64,000 nucleotides of DNA from Acidobacteriota bacterium (GTDB taxonomy: Bacteria > Acidobacteriota > Thermoanaerobaculia > Gp7-AA8), in contig JAFATB010000005.1 of the NCBI GenBank assembly GCA_019244185.1, forward strand, positions 64,001 through 128,000. The letters run 5' to 3'. Of this stretch, positions 38,525-48,366 are shown piece after piece. Made by a program: the position numbers and the translations under genes. The stretch's first letter is position 1. Each line of letters opens with the position of its first letter. The notes beneath the pieces are model-generated. The model saw only the letters and a program-made list of their open reading frames with translations, searched no databases and was not told the DNA's origin.

Positions 38525-40429
38525 ATGCGTTCACTCCCGCTGCTCGTTGCTCTGCTCGTAACGGTTGCCTGCACCACCACCACGACCACGACGGCACCCG
38601 CCGCCGTACCGGCTGATTCATCGATGACTGCATCCGAAGCCACGCCTCCCTCACCGCCCGCCGCCGCCGCGACACCCGCACCCCCGCCCGCCCCCACCGT
38701 CGCCGACGCCGAAAAGTTCGTCAGCGACGCCGAAGCGCGCCTCGCCGAGCTGAGCGTCAATCAGCAGCGCGCCTCGTGGGTGCAGTCGACGTACATCACG
38801 TACGACACGCAGATCCTCGCCGCGAACGAGAACGAGAAGCTGATCAACGCCGGCGTCGAGCTCGCGAAAGAAGCCGCGCGCTTCGACAGCATCGAGCTGC
38901 CGTACGACACGCGGCGCAAGCTGAATCTCATCAAGCTCTCGCTCACCACGCCCGGCCCGTCCGATCCCGCGCTCACCGCGGAGCTCGCGCGCATCGGCGC
39001 CGAGCTCGAAGCGGCGTACGGCGCCGGCAAGTACTGCCCGCCGGGCAAGAGCGGCGACGCTTGCCTGGATATCAATGAAATCTCGAACATCCTTCGCACC
39101 AGCCGCGATCCGCAGCGGCAGCTGGACGTCTGGCGCGGCTGGCACACCATCTCGCCGCCGATGCGCGAGCGCTACACGCGCTACGTCGCGCTGATGAACC
39201 AGGGCGCACGCGAGCTCGGCTACGCCGACACCGGCGCGCTCTGGCGCTCGAACTACGACATGCCGCCCGACGCCTTCGCCGCGGAGATGGATCGTCTCTG
39301 GGGCCAGGTCAAGCCGCTCTACGACTCGCTGCACTGCTACGTCCGCTGGAACCTCAACAAGAAATACGGCGACAAGATCGTGCCTCCGCACGGCCCCATC
39401 CCCGCCCATCTCCTCGGCAACATCTGGGCGCAGGAATGGGGCAACATCTACGACGTCGTGGCGCCGCCGAAGGCGAGCTCCGGCTACGACCTCACCAAGA
39501 TCCTCGAAACGCGCAAGGACATCGACCCGCTGGCGATGGTGCGCATGGGCGAACACTTCTTCACCTCGCTCGGCTTCGCGAAACTGCCGCAGACGTTCTG
39601 GGAACGCTCGCAGTTCGTGCAGCCGCGCGACCGCGACGTGGTCTGCCACGCCAGCGCGTGGGACATCGACAACGTCGAGGACCTGCGCCTCAAGATGTGC
39701 ATCGAGAAGAATGCCGAGGACTTCACGACCATCCATCACGAACTGGGACACAACTTCTACCAGCGCGCGTACAACCGGCAGCCGTTCCTCTACCGCAACA
39801 GCGCGAACGACGGCTTCCACGAGGCCATCGGCGACACGATCGCGCTGTCGGTGACGCCCGCGTATCTCGTGAAGATCGGACTGCTCGACAAGGAGCCGCC
39901 CGCGTCGGCGGACATCCCGCTGCTGCTGCGCGACGCGCTCGACAAGCTCGCGTTCCTCCCCTTCGGCCTGCTGATGGACAAGTGGCGCTGGGGCGTCTTC
40001 TCCGGCGCGATCGCACCGGCCGACTACAACAAGGCGTGGTGGCAGCTGCGCCTGCAGTATCAAGGCATCGCTCCGGCCGGCGATCGCGGCGAGGAGTTCT
40101 TCGATCCGGGCGCGAAGTACCACATCGCCGCGAACGTGCCGTACGCGCGCTACTTCCTCGCGCGCATCCTCCAGTTCCAGTTCCACCGCGCGCTGTGCAA
40201 CATCGCCGGCTACAAGGGACCGCTGAACCGCTGCTCGATCTACGAGAACGCCGAAGCGGGAACGCGGCTCGCGAAGATGCTGGAGATGGGCGCGAGCCGT
40301 CCGTGGCCGGAGGCGCTCGAAGCGCTCACCGGTCAGCGGCAGATGGACGCGACCGCGATGGTCGACTACTTCCGCCCGCTCCTCGACTGGCTCGACAAGC
40401 AGAACGAGGGAAAGGCGTGCGGATGGTGA
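38525..40429 (+). CDS. M2 family peptidyl-dipeptidase A (ACE-like), lipoprotein
   Basis: AGGAGG SD; lipobox TVA-C; PAHLLGNIWAQ, CHASAWD, HHELGH, GFHEAIGD and DPGAKYH motifs. Confidence 0.95.
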   Translation: MRSLPLLVALLVTVACTTTTTTTAPAAVPADSSMTASEATPPSPPAAAATPAPPPAPTVADAEKFVSDAEARLAELSVNQQRASWVQSTYITYDTQILAANENEKLINAGVELAKEAARFDSIELPYDTRRKLNLIKLSLTTPGPSDPALTAELARIGAELEAAYGAGKYCPPGKSGDACLDINEISNILRTSRDPQRQLDVWRGWHTISPPMRERYTRYVALMNQGARELGYADTGALWRSNYDMPPDAFAAEMDRLWGQVKPLYDSLHCYVRWNLNKKYGDKIVPPHGPIPAHLLGNIWAQEWGNIYDVVAPPKASSGYDLTKILETRKDIDPLAMVRMGEHFFTSLGFAKLPQTFWERSQFVQPRDRDVVCHASAWDIDNVEDLRLKMCIEKNAEDFTTIHHELGHNFYQRAYNRQPFLYRNSANDGFHEAIGDTIALSVTPAYLVKIGLLDKEPPASADIPLLLRDALDKLAFLPFGLLMDKWRWGVFSGAIAPADYNKAWWQLRLQYQGIAPAGDRGEEFFDPGAKYHIAANVPYARYFLARILQFQFHRALCNIAGYKGPLNRCSIYENAEAGTRLAKMLEMGASRPWPEALEALTGQRQMDATAMVDYFRPLLDWLDKQNEGKACGW

Positions 40430-40435
40430 TCTGAG

Positions 40436-40798
40436 TTGGCGCGCTCGGTGGCCGTTGTCCTCGATTCGAACTACGCGTCGTCACTCGGCGCGCTGGCGTT
40501 CCGCACGCCGGTCTGGATCGTCGACACGCCGCCGAACCGCGCCGCGGCGGAAGAGGCGTGGCGGTCCGCGGTCGAATGGCCGCACATCACCGTCACGCTC
40601 TTCCGCGACCCCGGTGCGCATCCAACGAAAGACGACTGGCGCGCGCTCATCGAACAGCTCGTGCTGCACGAGGGCGCGCTCGACACCGTCGACGTGCTCG
40701 GCTCGGCGGTGACCTTGCCTTCCCGCGCCGCGCTCGCGGAAGCCGGCTTCACGCGTTTCGACGAGACGCGCGACGGCTTCCGCGCGCGCAGGGCGTGA
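40436..40798 (+). CDS. Hypothetical protein
   Basis: TTG start directly after the M2 gene; coding-like GC3 bias. Confidence 0.65.
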   Translation: MARSVAVVLDSNYASSLGALAFRTPVWIVDTPPNRAAAEEAWRSAVEWPHITVTLFRDPGAHPTKDDWRALIEQLVLHEGALDTVDVLGSAVTLPSRAALAEAGFTRFDETRDGFRARRA

Positions 40799-40880
40799 GC
40801 GCGCGCGCCACATTTCCGCCACATTCCGCGCACGAACGTTTCACATCTCCGGCATGCGCAGGTCGCAGAAAGCGCGCTCA

Positions 40881-40991
40881 ATGGCAGTCGTCATGGAAAC
40901 GACATCGCTGACGACGAACTATCGCCTCGAACGCTGGATCGCGTTTCTCCTCGGCCTGCTGTTCTTCCTGCCGTTCCTCGCGCGCGGCTGA
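40881..40991 (+). CDS. Small (36-aa) single-pass membrane protein, below the ORF-track cutoff
   Basis: MAVVMETTSLTTNYRLERWIAFLLGLLFFLPFLARG*; fills the gap to the convergent gene; alternative start 40893. Confidence 0.5.
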   Translation: MAVVMETTSLTTNYRLERWIAFLLGLLFFLPFLARG

Positions 40992-40994
40992 CGG

Positions 40995-41540
40995 TCAGCG
41001 GTCGTTCCGCGCGAGCCATTCGTCGCGCAGGATGCCGTAGAAGACGAGGTCGACGTACTCGCCCCACTTCAGCAGGTGCTGGCGCAGCGTTCCCTCGTAC
41101 GTCATGCCGATCTTCTGCATCACGCGCCCCGACGCCGGATTGCGCTTGTAGTGCGCGGCGAACACGCGATGCAGCCCGCGCTCCTCGAAGCCGTAGCGCA
41201 ACACCGCCAGCGCGGCTTCGCTCGCGTACCCCCGGCCCCACTGCGGCACGCCGATCCAGTAGCCGATCTCGCCGATGCCGTCGCCCTTCAGCACGAGTCC
41301 CATCGCGCCGACGAGCGCGCCGTCGTCGATCGCAAAATGCACGACGCGGTTCTCGTCGAAGTCCGCCTGATGTTTCGCGATCCACTCCGCCGCCGCGCCC
41401 TCGGGATACGGATGCGGGATCATCAGCGTGTTGCGCGCGATCTCGTACTGCGAGCACGACTGCTGGACCGCGGGCGCGTCGCCCGGCGTGAACGGACGCA
41501 GCGTGAGACGTTCGGTGCGAAGCGTGGGCGCCTGCATCAT
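40995..41540 (-). CDS. GNAT acetyltransferase (RimJ/RimL family)
   Basis: LRTERLTLRPF, EIGYWIG...WGRGYASEA and NPASGRVMQKIGM motifs. Confidence 0.93.
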   Translation of the reverse strand: MMQAPTLRTERLTLRPFTPGDAPAVQQSCSQYEIARNTLMIPHPYPEGAAAEWIAKHQADFDENRVVHFAIDDGALVGAMGLVLKGDGIGEIGYWIGVPQWGRGYASEAALAVLRYGFEERGLHRVFAAHYKRNPASGRVMQKIGMTYEGTLRQHLLKWGEYVDLVFYGILRDEWLARNDR

Positions 41541-43162
41541 GCGATTGTAAGCACCTCGCGCACGCGCCGCGCGATCTCCTCTTCGGCATCGACCGCGATG
41601 TCGCGCTCGCGCTCCGCCGCCTCGAGCAGCGACCGCAGCGCGCGGTACGCATCGCCCCGATCGCTGCGCTCTTCGAGCAATACCGCGGGCGCGACGCCGA
41701 GCTCCGCGTCGACGCGCTGACGGATCTCCGCGGCGCTGCGTCCTTCGACGATCTCACGCACGCGACGCCGCACCGCGAGCGCACGCCGCGCGCGCGGAAT
41801 CGCCTCGAATGCGAGCACCACCGCGAGCACAATGCCCGCGACGATCGGCCAGCGCCCGCGCCGCGGCGCGGGCAGACTGTTGTCGCCGCCGCGATTGGGA
41901 CGATCGGGCACCGCGCGCGAGCCCTGCGCGACGAGCACCGACGCCTTGCAGCGCAGCTCCTTCCGCTCGTGCGTCGCGGGGACGAAGACGTTCATCGCGA
42001 TCGGCGGAATCTCGAACACGCCGGGATGCGCGGGAAAGATGAGATAGCGCCACCGCCGCGTCATCGTCAGCGGCCCGTCGTCGTGCGCGATCGACGTCTC
42101 CCCGCCGTCGACTTCGACCGTGCCGTCGACGGTGCCCGCGAGGCGCGGCGCCGGCGCGGCGCGCACGTTCGCGAAGCCGGAGAGCGTCACGCCGGCGACG
42201 ATCGGTCCGCCGTTGCGCTGCTGCGGGATGTCGCAGTTCAGCGCGAGATCGCCGACCGCGTCGACGGGCGGGCCGGGCGGGAGCGGCTGGACGTCGAGCG
42301 TGACCGGCGCCGAGGTGTAGCTCGTGTCGACGAGCTCCCCTTCGAACATCGAGAACGGCCCGCCGCGCACGCGCCGCATCACCGCCGCTTCGAGCGTGAG
42401 CCCTTCGATCTTCAGCGTGCCGTCGTGCAGCGGAAAGAGCGCCGCGCGGCGGATCGGCAAGCGCTGCATCAGCACGCCGCCGACGTACACGCGTTCGAGC
42501 GCGTCTTCTTTCAGCGGCAGTTCCTCGACCCAGAAGTCGGCGAGCTTCGGCAGCCCCACGATGTGCCACTCCTGCACCGTCGTCGCGTTGTAGAGCATCC
42601 ACGTGACGAGCACCGGCTCGCCGGCGACCGCGCCGTGCTTGTCGACTTCCGCGACGACGAACAGCGGATCGCGGTTGCTCGCCAGCAGCTCGCGCAACAC
42701 CGTCTCCGCATCGTTCGACCCGCTGATGCGATCGGCCAGCACATTGACCGCGACCGCCGGCAACGTCTCGCGTTGCCCGTCCGGCGACGACAACACCACC
42801 GGCCCCACCATCGCCGCGCCCGCCGCCACCCCGCGCACGCGATACCGAAACGTCTTCCGCCGCGACGCGCTCCCATTCATCCACGCGAACTCGCTCGACA
42901 CCCACGGCTCGCCCACGAACGCCAGGTTCCGCAGCGGCACGTTGACACTGTCAACCGAAGCGAACGGCCCGTCGACGGTGAGCGTGACGGTGGTGAGATC
43001 GGTGAGGGGGAAGGCGCGGGGGTCGACGGAGAGCTCGGAAGCAAAAGCTGAATGAAGAACGCAGAACGCAGAATGAAGAATGAAGAAAGCCACCACCCGC
43101 GCCCATTTCTTCATTCTTCGTTCTGCGTTCTGCATTCTCAATTCATCTTCTCTCCTCACCAC
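41537..43162 (-). CDS. BatD family protein; start uncertain (43162/43135/43114)
   Basis: Signal peptide, Ig-like repeats, AVGD, C-terminal TM; position in the MoxR-VWA operon. Confidence 0.8.
   Translation of the reverse strand: MVRREDELRMQNAERRMKKWARVVAFFILHSAFCVLHSAFASELSVDPRAFPLTDLTTVTLTVDGPFASVDSVNVPLRNLAFVGEPWVSSEFAWMNGSASRRKTFRYRVRGVAAGAAMVGPVVLSSPDGQRETLPAVAVNVLADRISGSNDAETVLRELLASNRDPLFVVAEVDKHGAVAGEPVLVTWMLYNATTVQEWHIVGLPKLADFWVEELPLKEDALERVYVGGVLMQRLPIRRAALFPLHDGTLKIEGLTLEAAVMRRVRGGPFSMFEGELVDTSYTSAPVTLDVQPLPPGPPVDAVGDLALNCDIPQQRNGGPIVAGVTLSGFANVRAAPAPRLAGTVDGTVEVDGGETSIAHDDGPLTMTRRWRYLIFPAHPGVFEIPPIAMNVFVPATHERKELRCKASVLVAQGSRAVPDRPNRGGDNSLPAPRRGRWPIVAGIVLAVVLAFEAIPRARRALAVRRRVREIVEGRSAAEIRQRVDAELGVAPAVLLEERSDRGDAYRALRSLLEAAERERDIAVDAEEEIARRVREVLTIA
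43050..43144. repeat. Inverted pair of tandem heptamer arrays (GAATGAA/GAACGCA) inside the batD 5' end
   Basis: gaatgaa-gaacgca-gaacgca-gaatgaa-gaatgaa ... ttcattc-ttcgttc-tgcgttc-tgcattc-tcaattc. Confidence 0.8.
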
Positions 43163-43770
43163 CCCACCCGCCCCTCCCCCGCCCGCGCTTTCATGCGGCG
43201 GATCTCTTCCTGCTCCTGTTGCTGGACGCTGCGCAGGAGCGCGGAGAGGTCGGGTTGGCCGGGCTTCGGCGACGATTTCGTGCCGGGCTGCTGCGGTTGC
43301 GGCTGCGGGTTGTTCTTCCCGTGGCCGCCTTGCTGGCCGCCGCGCGTCGATTGCTGGTCGGCTTGTTTGCGCGCGAGCGCGAGCTCGAGGTTGCGTTTTG
43401 CGCCGGCGTGATGCGGGTTCGCGCGGAGCGCCTCGATGTAGTCGGCGATGGCGTGGTCGAGCGCTTTGGCGGCGAAGGCGCTGTTGCCGCGGTTGAAGAA
43501 TGCATCGGCGCGAAGCTGCGGATCGCGCAGCGCGGGCTGCAGCGTCGTCGAGCCTTGCTCGCGTTGTCCGGCGGCGATCTGCGCGGTGCCGAGGTTGAAG
43601 GCGGATTGCGCGGACGGCGCCAGTGCGTTCGCGCGCGTGAACGACTGCACGGACTGCGCGTACTGCTGCTTCGCGTACGCCTGCGCGCCGCGCGCGCTCG
43701 CGGCGTGCGAGTTCGTGTCACGCAGGAACGCGCCGAGGCTGATCGCGGCGAGGATCACGAGCGGCTTCAT
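43156..43770 (-). CDS. BatC-like TPR protein
   Basis: AFNLGTA, FFNRGNS, AKRNLELA, Q-rich linker, terminal W. Confidence 0.85.
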   Translation of the reverse strand: MKPLVILAAISLGAFLRDTNSHAASARGAQAYAKQQYAQSVQSFTRANALAPSAQSAFNLGTAQIAAGQREQGSTTLQPALRDPQLRADAFFNRGNSAFAAKALDHAIADYIEALRANPHHAGAKRNLELALARKQADQQSTRGGQQGGHGKNNPQPQPQQPGTKSSPKPGQPDLSALLRSVQQQEQEEIRRMKARAGEGRVGW

Positions 43771-44720
43771 TCGGCACCTCGATGCGCGAGCGAGCCGAGG
43801 AAGAAGGCGACGAAGGCGAAGCCGAGCGCCCACTGGTAGCGATCGACCGGCACGCGCGCAACGGTCTCGCGCGCCTTCGCCACGCGCGCGCTGCCGAGGA
43901 GCGGATCGAGCGCGTGCGCCGCGAACGGGTTCTCCAGCATCGTGCCGCCGGTGCCGTTTGCGATGTCGCGCAGGACGTCGCCGCGCGCGTAGGTCGTTAC
44001 GACGTCGCCCGTCGCATCGCGCAGCGGCCCGTGTCCGGTCGGAATCGTGGCGCCGTTCGCGGAGCCGAGGAGGATCGTCGACACGGGCACGCCACGCGTC
44101 TTCGCGCGCTGCACGGCTTCGGCGACGCGCGCTCCTTGTTCCTCGCCGTCGCTGATCAGCACGAGATCGGCTTTTTGCGAGGGATCGCTGTCGATGAGGC
44201 GGAGCGAGCCGAGGATCGCGCTGCCGAGGTCCGAGCCGGGCTCGCCGACCTCGCCGGCCTGCAGCGTGTCGACGAGCGCGAGCACCGCGTCACCGTCGCT
44301 CGTGAGGGGCGAAACGACTTCCGGCTCTGACTCGAAGACGACGAGCCCGATCCGTCCTTCCTGCGCGTCGATGAGCCGCTTCGCGATCGCTTTGGCCGCG
44401 TCGAGGCGCGAGGCACCGACGTCTTCGGCGGCCATGCTGTTCGAGACGTCGATGAGGATGACGCGATTCGCTTCGCGCGCGACGACCGGCATCAGCGTGT
44501 AACCGGCGTACGGCCCCGCAAGCGCGACGACGGACGCGGCGAGCGCGACGCCGAGGAGCCACGGACGCAGCGCGCGCGCGGGCATGGTCACGCCGCGCAG
44601 ACGCTCGCTCGCGAAGCGCCGCGCGAGGCGAATGCGCGTGCGCTCGCGCGTCACGAGGAACAGCAGCGCGAACGGCACGAGCGCGAGGAGCCAGAGCAGC
44701 AGCACGTCGCGGAAGCTCAT
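43767..44720 (-). CDS. BatB-like VWA domain protein
   Basis: DVSNSM MIDAS motif, SRLDAAK and LISDGE. Confidence 0.9.
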   Translation of the reverse strand: MSFRDVLLLWLLALVPFALLFLVTRERTRIRLARRFASERLRGVTMPARALRPWLLGVALAASVVALAGPYAGYTLMPVVAREANRVILIDVSNSMAAEDVGASRLDAAKAIAKRLIDAQEGRIGLVVFESEPEVVSPLTSDGDAVLALVDTLQAGEVGEPGSDLGSAILGSLRLIDSDPSQKADLVLISDGEEQGARVAEAVQRAKTRGVPVSTILLGSANGATIPTGHGPLRDATGDVVTTYARGDVLRDIANGTGGTMLENPFAAHALDPLLGSARVAKARETVARVPVDRYQWALGFAFVAFFLGSLAHRGAE

Positions 44721-45724
44721 GCCGGCACCTTCAGCCAGAGCGTCTCGCCGCCGAGGAGCGACAGCGCGAGCAGCGCGAGCGCGGCACCGAGCGGCCAGAC
44801 GTACAGCTCGTCGATCTGCTCGCGCTTCGGCGCGGTGAGGCGCGTCTTCTCGAGCGCGTCGATGCGCTTGAGCACCGCGCCGAGCGCCTGCGCGTCCGTC
44901 GCGCGGAAGAACGCGCCGCCGGTCGTCGACGCGATCGCTTCCAGCGTCTTCTCATCGAGCTCGCCGCGGATGTGCGTGTAGATCGTCTCGATCGCGCCGG
45001 TGAACGGATTCTGCCGCTTCACCGGCAGCGGCACCGGACCTTCCGAGCCGACGCCGATCGTGTAGACCTTGATGCCCGCGGCGGCCGCGAGTTGCGCGGC
45101 GACGAGCGGATCGATCGAGCCGGAGTTGTTGACGCCGTCCGTCACGAGGATGACCACGCGGCTGCGCGTCTTCGAGTTGCGCAGGCGGTTGACGGCCGTG
45201 GCGAGCGCGTGGCCGATCGCGGTGCCGTTGCCGTGCTCGCCGATCTCCGCCTTCGCGAGCACGGCTTCGATGATGCGGCGGTCGTACGTGATCGGCACGC
45301 GCGTCGCCGCGCGGCTGCCGAACGTCACGATGCCGATGCGATCATCGGTGCGGCGGCGGATGAAGTCGCCGATCAGCTCTTTCGCGACGGCGAAGCGGTT
45401 GCGCGGACGAAAGTCTTCCGCGGCCATGGAGCCCGAGGCGTCGAGCGCGACGACGATGTCGATGCCGTAGCGGTCGCTCGCCGCGAGGCGCACCACGCGC
45501 TGCGGACGCGCCAGCGCGACGACGAGCAGCAGCATCGCCAGCGTCTCCAGTGCGAACGGCAGCGCCGCCGTCATGACACGCAGTCCCGGCGCCGGCGCGA
45601 CGAGCGCGAGCGACGAGTAACCGAACGCGCCGACGCGCTGCCGCCGGTCGCGGACCACAAGCGCGACGCGCGCGGCCACCGCAAGCGCGAGCGCGAACCA
45701 CAGCGGATCAGCGAAACGCGTCAT
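44717..45724 (-). CDS. BatA-like VWA domain protein
   Basis: LARPQ, DASGSMAAEDF, GTAIG, VTDGVNNSG and IKVYTIGVG motifs. Confidence 0.92.
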   Translation of the reverse strand: MTRFADPLWFALALAVAARVALVVRDRRQRVGAFGYSSLALVAPAPGLRVMTAALPFALETLAMLLLVVALARPQRVVRLAASDRYGIDIVVALDASGSMAAEDFRPRNRFAVAKELIGDFIRRRTDDRIGIVTFGSRAATRVPITYDRRIIEAVLAKAEIGEHGNGTAIGHALATAVNRLRNSKTRSRVVILVTDGVNNSGSIDPLVAAQLAAAAGIKVYTIGVGSEGPVPLPVKRQNPFTGAIETIYTHIRGELDEKTLEAIASTTGGAFFRATDAQALGAVLKRIDALEKTRLTAPKREQIDELYVWPLGAALALLALSLLGGETLWLKVPA

Positions 45725-46467
45725 GCCGCCCGCTCCGTCGCAGCGATCGGCGGCGGCTCCGGCGGCGGAATGAGCGCCAGCGCGTCCGCAGCCACCGCAT
45801 CGAAATCGCGCTCCTCGGCGCCCGACGTCGAGAACTTTTCGAGATCGCCCTGCCGCAGGATCATGGCGACGGCGTCGCGCTCGTCGCCGAGTCGCGGCAG
45901 CAGCTCGCTCGTGGTCAGCTCGCGGCCGAGTCCCGCACGCGTTGCCGCGAGAAACACGCGCGTCTCGTCGGCGAGGCGCGACCAGCGCAACGGCTCGAAC
46001 GGATGCGCGCGCAGCGCGTCGATCGCGCGGCGGAAACGCTCGTCCGGCGGCAGCGCGGGAACCGTTGCAGCCATCGTCTGCTTCGCGCGACGCCACACGA
46101 GCAGCCAGACGCCGAGCGCGCAAAGCGCCGCGATCGCGATCGCGACGAACGGCAGGCGCGGATACGCCGTCGCGCGCGGCGGCGCGAGCGGCGCGGGCTT
46201 GCGGTCGTCGTTCGGCTTCAGCACCGAATGCATCGGCACGACGAGGTTGCGAAAGTGCACGCCGCGCACGACGCCGCTGAGCGCGAACGGTTTCGGATCG
46301 AACGTGCGCACCACGACGTCCGCGCCGCGCTGCGACACGATCTCGTACGCGGGCGAGGCGTCCAGCGTCACCGGGCCGTCGAAGTGGATCGCGATCGGAT
46401 CGCCGACCGTCGGCGCGGCCGGTTGAAACGTCGCGGTGATCGCCAGTGCGAGAACGGGAAGGATCAT
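45721..46467 (-). CDS. Membrane protein of the MoxR/Bat operon (DUF4381-like)
   Basis: Signal peptide, TM, ELTTSE and DLEKF; translationally coupled on both sides. Confidence 0.75.
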   Translation of the reverse strand: MILPVLALAITATFQPAAPTVGDPIAIHFDGPVTLDASPAYEIVSQRGADVVVRTFDPKPFALSGVVRGVHFRNLVVPMHSVLKPNDDRKPAPLAPPRATAYPRLPFVAIAIAALCALGVWLLVWRRAKQTMAATVPALPPDERFRRAIDALRAHPFEPLRWSRLADETRVFLAATRAGLGRELTTSELLPRLGDERDAVAMILRQGDLEKFSTSGAEERDFDAVAADALALIPPPEPPPIAATERAA

Positions 46468-47369
46468 GCCGGTCGGTGCTGGCGCGCGCTCCGCTCGCGG
46501 AAGAAGCGCAGCAACGCGCGGTCGTAGGGAACAGCCGTGGACACGGCGAGGTGATCGATGGCCGACGCGCGCAGCCGACGCTCGAGCTGCGTGCGCCGCA
46601 GCGCGCCGCTTTGCGCGACGCCGGAACGCCGCAGATCGACGAGGCGCGCGCCGCCGCTCTCGAGATCGACGAGCCGCGCCAGCCCGCGGTCGGGAAAGCG
46701 CTCCTCGCGCGGATCGACGATCGGCACGGCGATGACGTCGTGCTTGCGGTTGAGGCGCTTGAGCGGCCGCTCGAACGCGATTTCGAGAAAGTCCGACAGC
46801 ACGAGCACGACCGCGCGCTTCACCGCGACGCGTTCGAGAAACCCCGCGGCGAGCTCGAGGTCCGCGCGCCCGTGCGGCCCGCGCATGGCCGCGTCCACCG
46901 CCGCGCGCACGAGGACTTGCGCGTGCGCTCGTCCGCGCCGCGGCGGGATGTACGCGCGGATCGCATCCGAGAACAGCAGCAGCCCGACGCGATCGGAGTT
47001 CTCGACCGCGGAGAACGCGAACACGGCCGCGAGCTCCGCCGCGAGATCGCACTTGCGCCAGTCCACCGAGCCGAACGCCATCGAGCCGGAGACATCAACC
47101 GCGATGAGGATCGTGAGGTCGCGCTCTTCGATGAACTCCTTGACGTGCGGCACGCCGCTGCGCGCGGTGACGTTCCAGTCGATCGTGCGGATGTCGTCGC
47201 CGGGCAGATACTCGCGCACCTGCGAGAACTCGATGCCGCGGCCGTGAAACGCGGAGTGGTAGTCGCCCGCGAAGCCCGCGCGGATCATGCGCGCCGAGAC
47301 GAGCTCGAGGTCGCGCACGCGCCGCACGACCGGCGCGCGCAGGTCGGGAGTCCGGCGCCGGAACCTCAC
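46464..47369 (-). CDS. DUF58 domain protein
   Basis: GRGIEFSQVREYLPGDDIRTIDWNVTAR, DVSGSM and LSDF motifs. Confidence 0.95.
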   Translation of the reverse strand: MRFRRRTPDLRAPVVRRVRDLELVSARMIRAGFAGDYHSAFHGRGIEFSQVREYLPGDDIRTIDWNVTARSGVPHVKEFIEERDLTILIAVDVSGSMAFGSVDWRKCDLAAELAAVFAFSAVENSDRVGLLLFSDAIRAYIPPRRGRAHAQVLVRAAVDAAMRGPHGRADLELAAGFLERVAVKRAVVLVLSDFLEIAFERPLKRLNRKHDVIAVPIVDPREERFPDRGLARLVDLESGGARLVDLRRSGVAQSGALRRTQLERRLRASAIDHLAVSTAVPYDRALLRFFRERSARQHRPA

Positions 47370-48340
47370 GGCACCGCGACCGCTCCCAGGATCTGGTCGA
47401 GGATGCGATCGGCCGGCATCTGCTCCGCCGCCGCCTCGTAGCTGAGCACGAGCCGGTGCCGCAGCACGTCGTGAGCGACGGCCTTGACGTCTTCCGGCAC
47501 GACGTACGTGCGCCCGCCGAGGAACGCGTGCGCTTTCGCAACGTGCGCGAGCGCGAGCGTGGCGCGCGGAGACGCGCCGAACGAGATCAGGTTTGCCAGC
47601 GACGGCAACCGAAAGTCTGCCGGCCGGCGCGTGGCGTTCACGAGCTGCACGATGTACCGGCCGATGCGTTCGTCGGTGTGCACGCTCGCCGCGAGTTTCG
47701 CGACGCGATGAATCTCGTCGATGCCGAAGACGCGCTGCACGCCGACGCTCTCGCGCGTCGGATCGAGATACAACCCGAGCATCCGCAGCTCTTCCTCCGC
47801 GCTCGGATACTCCACCTTCAGCTTCATCACGAACCGATCGACCTGCGCCTCGGGTAACGCATACGTTCCCTCGTGCTCGATCGGGTTCTGCGTGGCGATC
47901 ACGACGAACGGATCCGGCAGCGCGTACGACTGATCGCCGATCGTCACCTGCCGCTCCTGCATCGCCTCGAGCAGCGCGCTCTGCACTTTCGCCGGCGCGC
48001 GGTTGATCTCGTCGGCGAGGATGAGGTTCGCGAAGACGGGGCCAAGGCGCGCGTTGAACGTGCGGCCGGCGGGATCGAAGATCTGCGTGCCGGTGATGTC
48101 GGCGGGCAGCAGATCGGGCGTGAACTGGATGCGCTTGAACGTGGCGTCGAGCGCCGACGCGAGCGTCTTCACGAGCAGCGTCTTGGCGAGGCCGGGCAGG
48201 CCTTCGACGAGCACGTGGCCGCGGATCAGAATGGCGATGAGCAGACGGTTGACGATCGCGTCCTGCCCGATGACGACGCGCCCGACCTCGGCGCGCAGCC
48301 GCGCAAGCGTCTCATGAGCCTGTTCGGTGGCTTCCTGCAT
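47366..48340 (-). CDS. moxR: MoxR family AAA+ ATPase
   Basis: GLPGLAKT, RIQFTPDLLPAD, DEINRAPAKVQSALLEAMQE and ATQNPIE motifs. Confidence 0.96.
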   Translation of the reverse strand: MQEATEQAHETLARLRAEVGRVVIGQDAIVNRLLIAILIRGHVLVEGLPGLAKTLLVKTLASALDATFKRIQFTPDLLPADITGTQIFDPAGRTFNARLGPVFANLILADEINRAPAKVQSALLEAMQERQVTIGDQSYALPDPFVVIATQNPIEHEGTYALPEAQVDRFVMKLKVEYPSAEEELRMLGLYLDPTRESVGVQRVFGIDEIHRVAKLAASVHTDERIGRYIVQLVNATRRPADFRLPSLANLISFGASPRATLALAHVAKAHAFLGGRTYVVPEDVKAVAHDVLRHRLVLSYEAAAEQMPADRILDQILGAVAVP

Positions 48341-48366
48341 GCGGCGATCAGTCTAAACTGCGCGCC

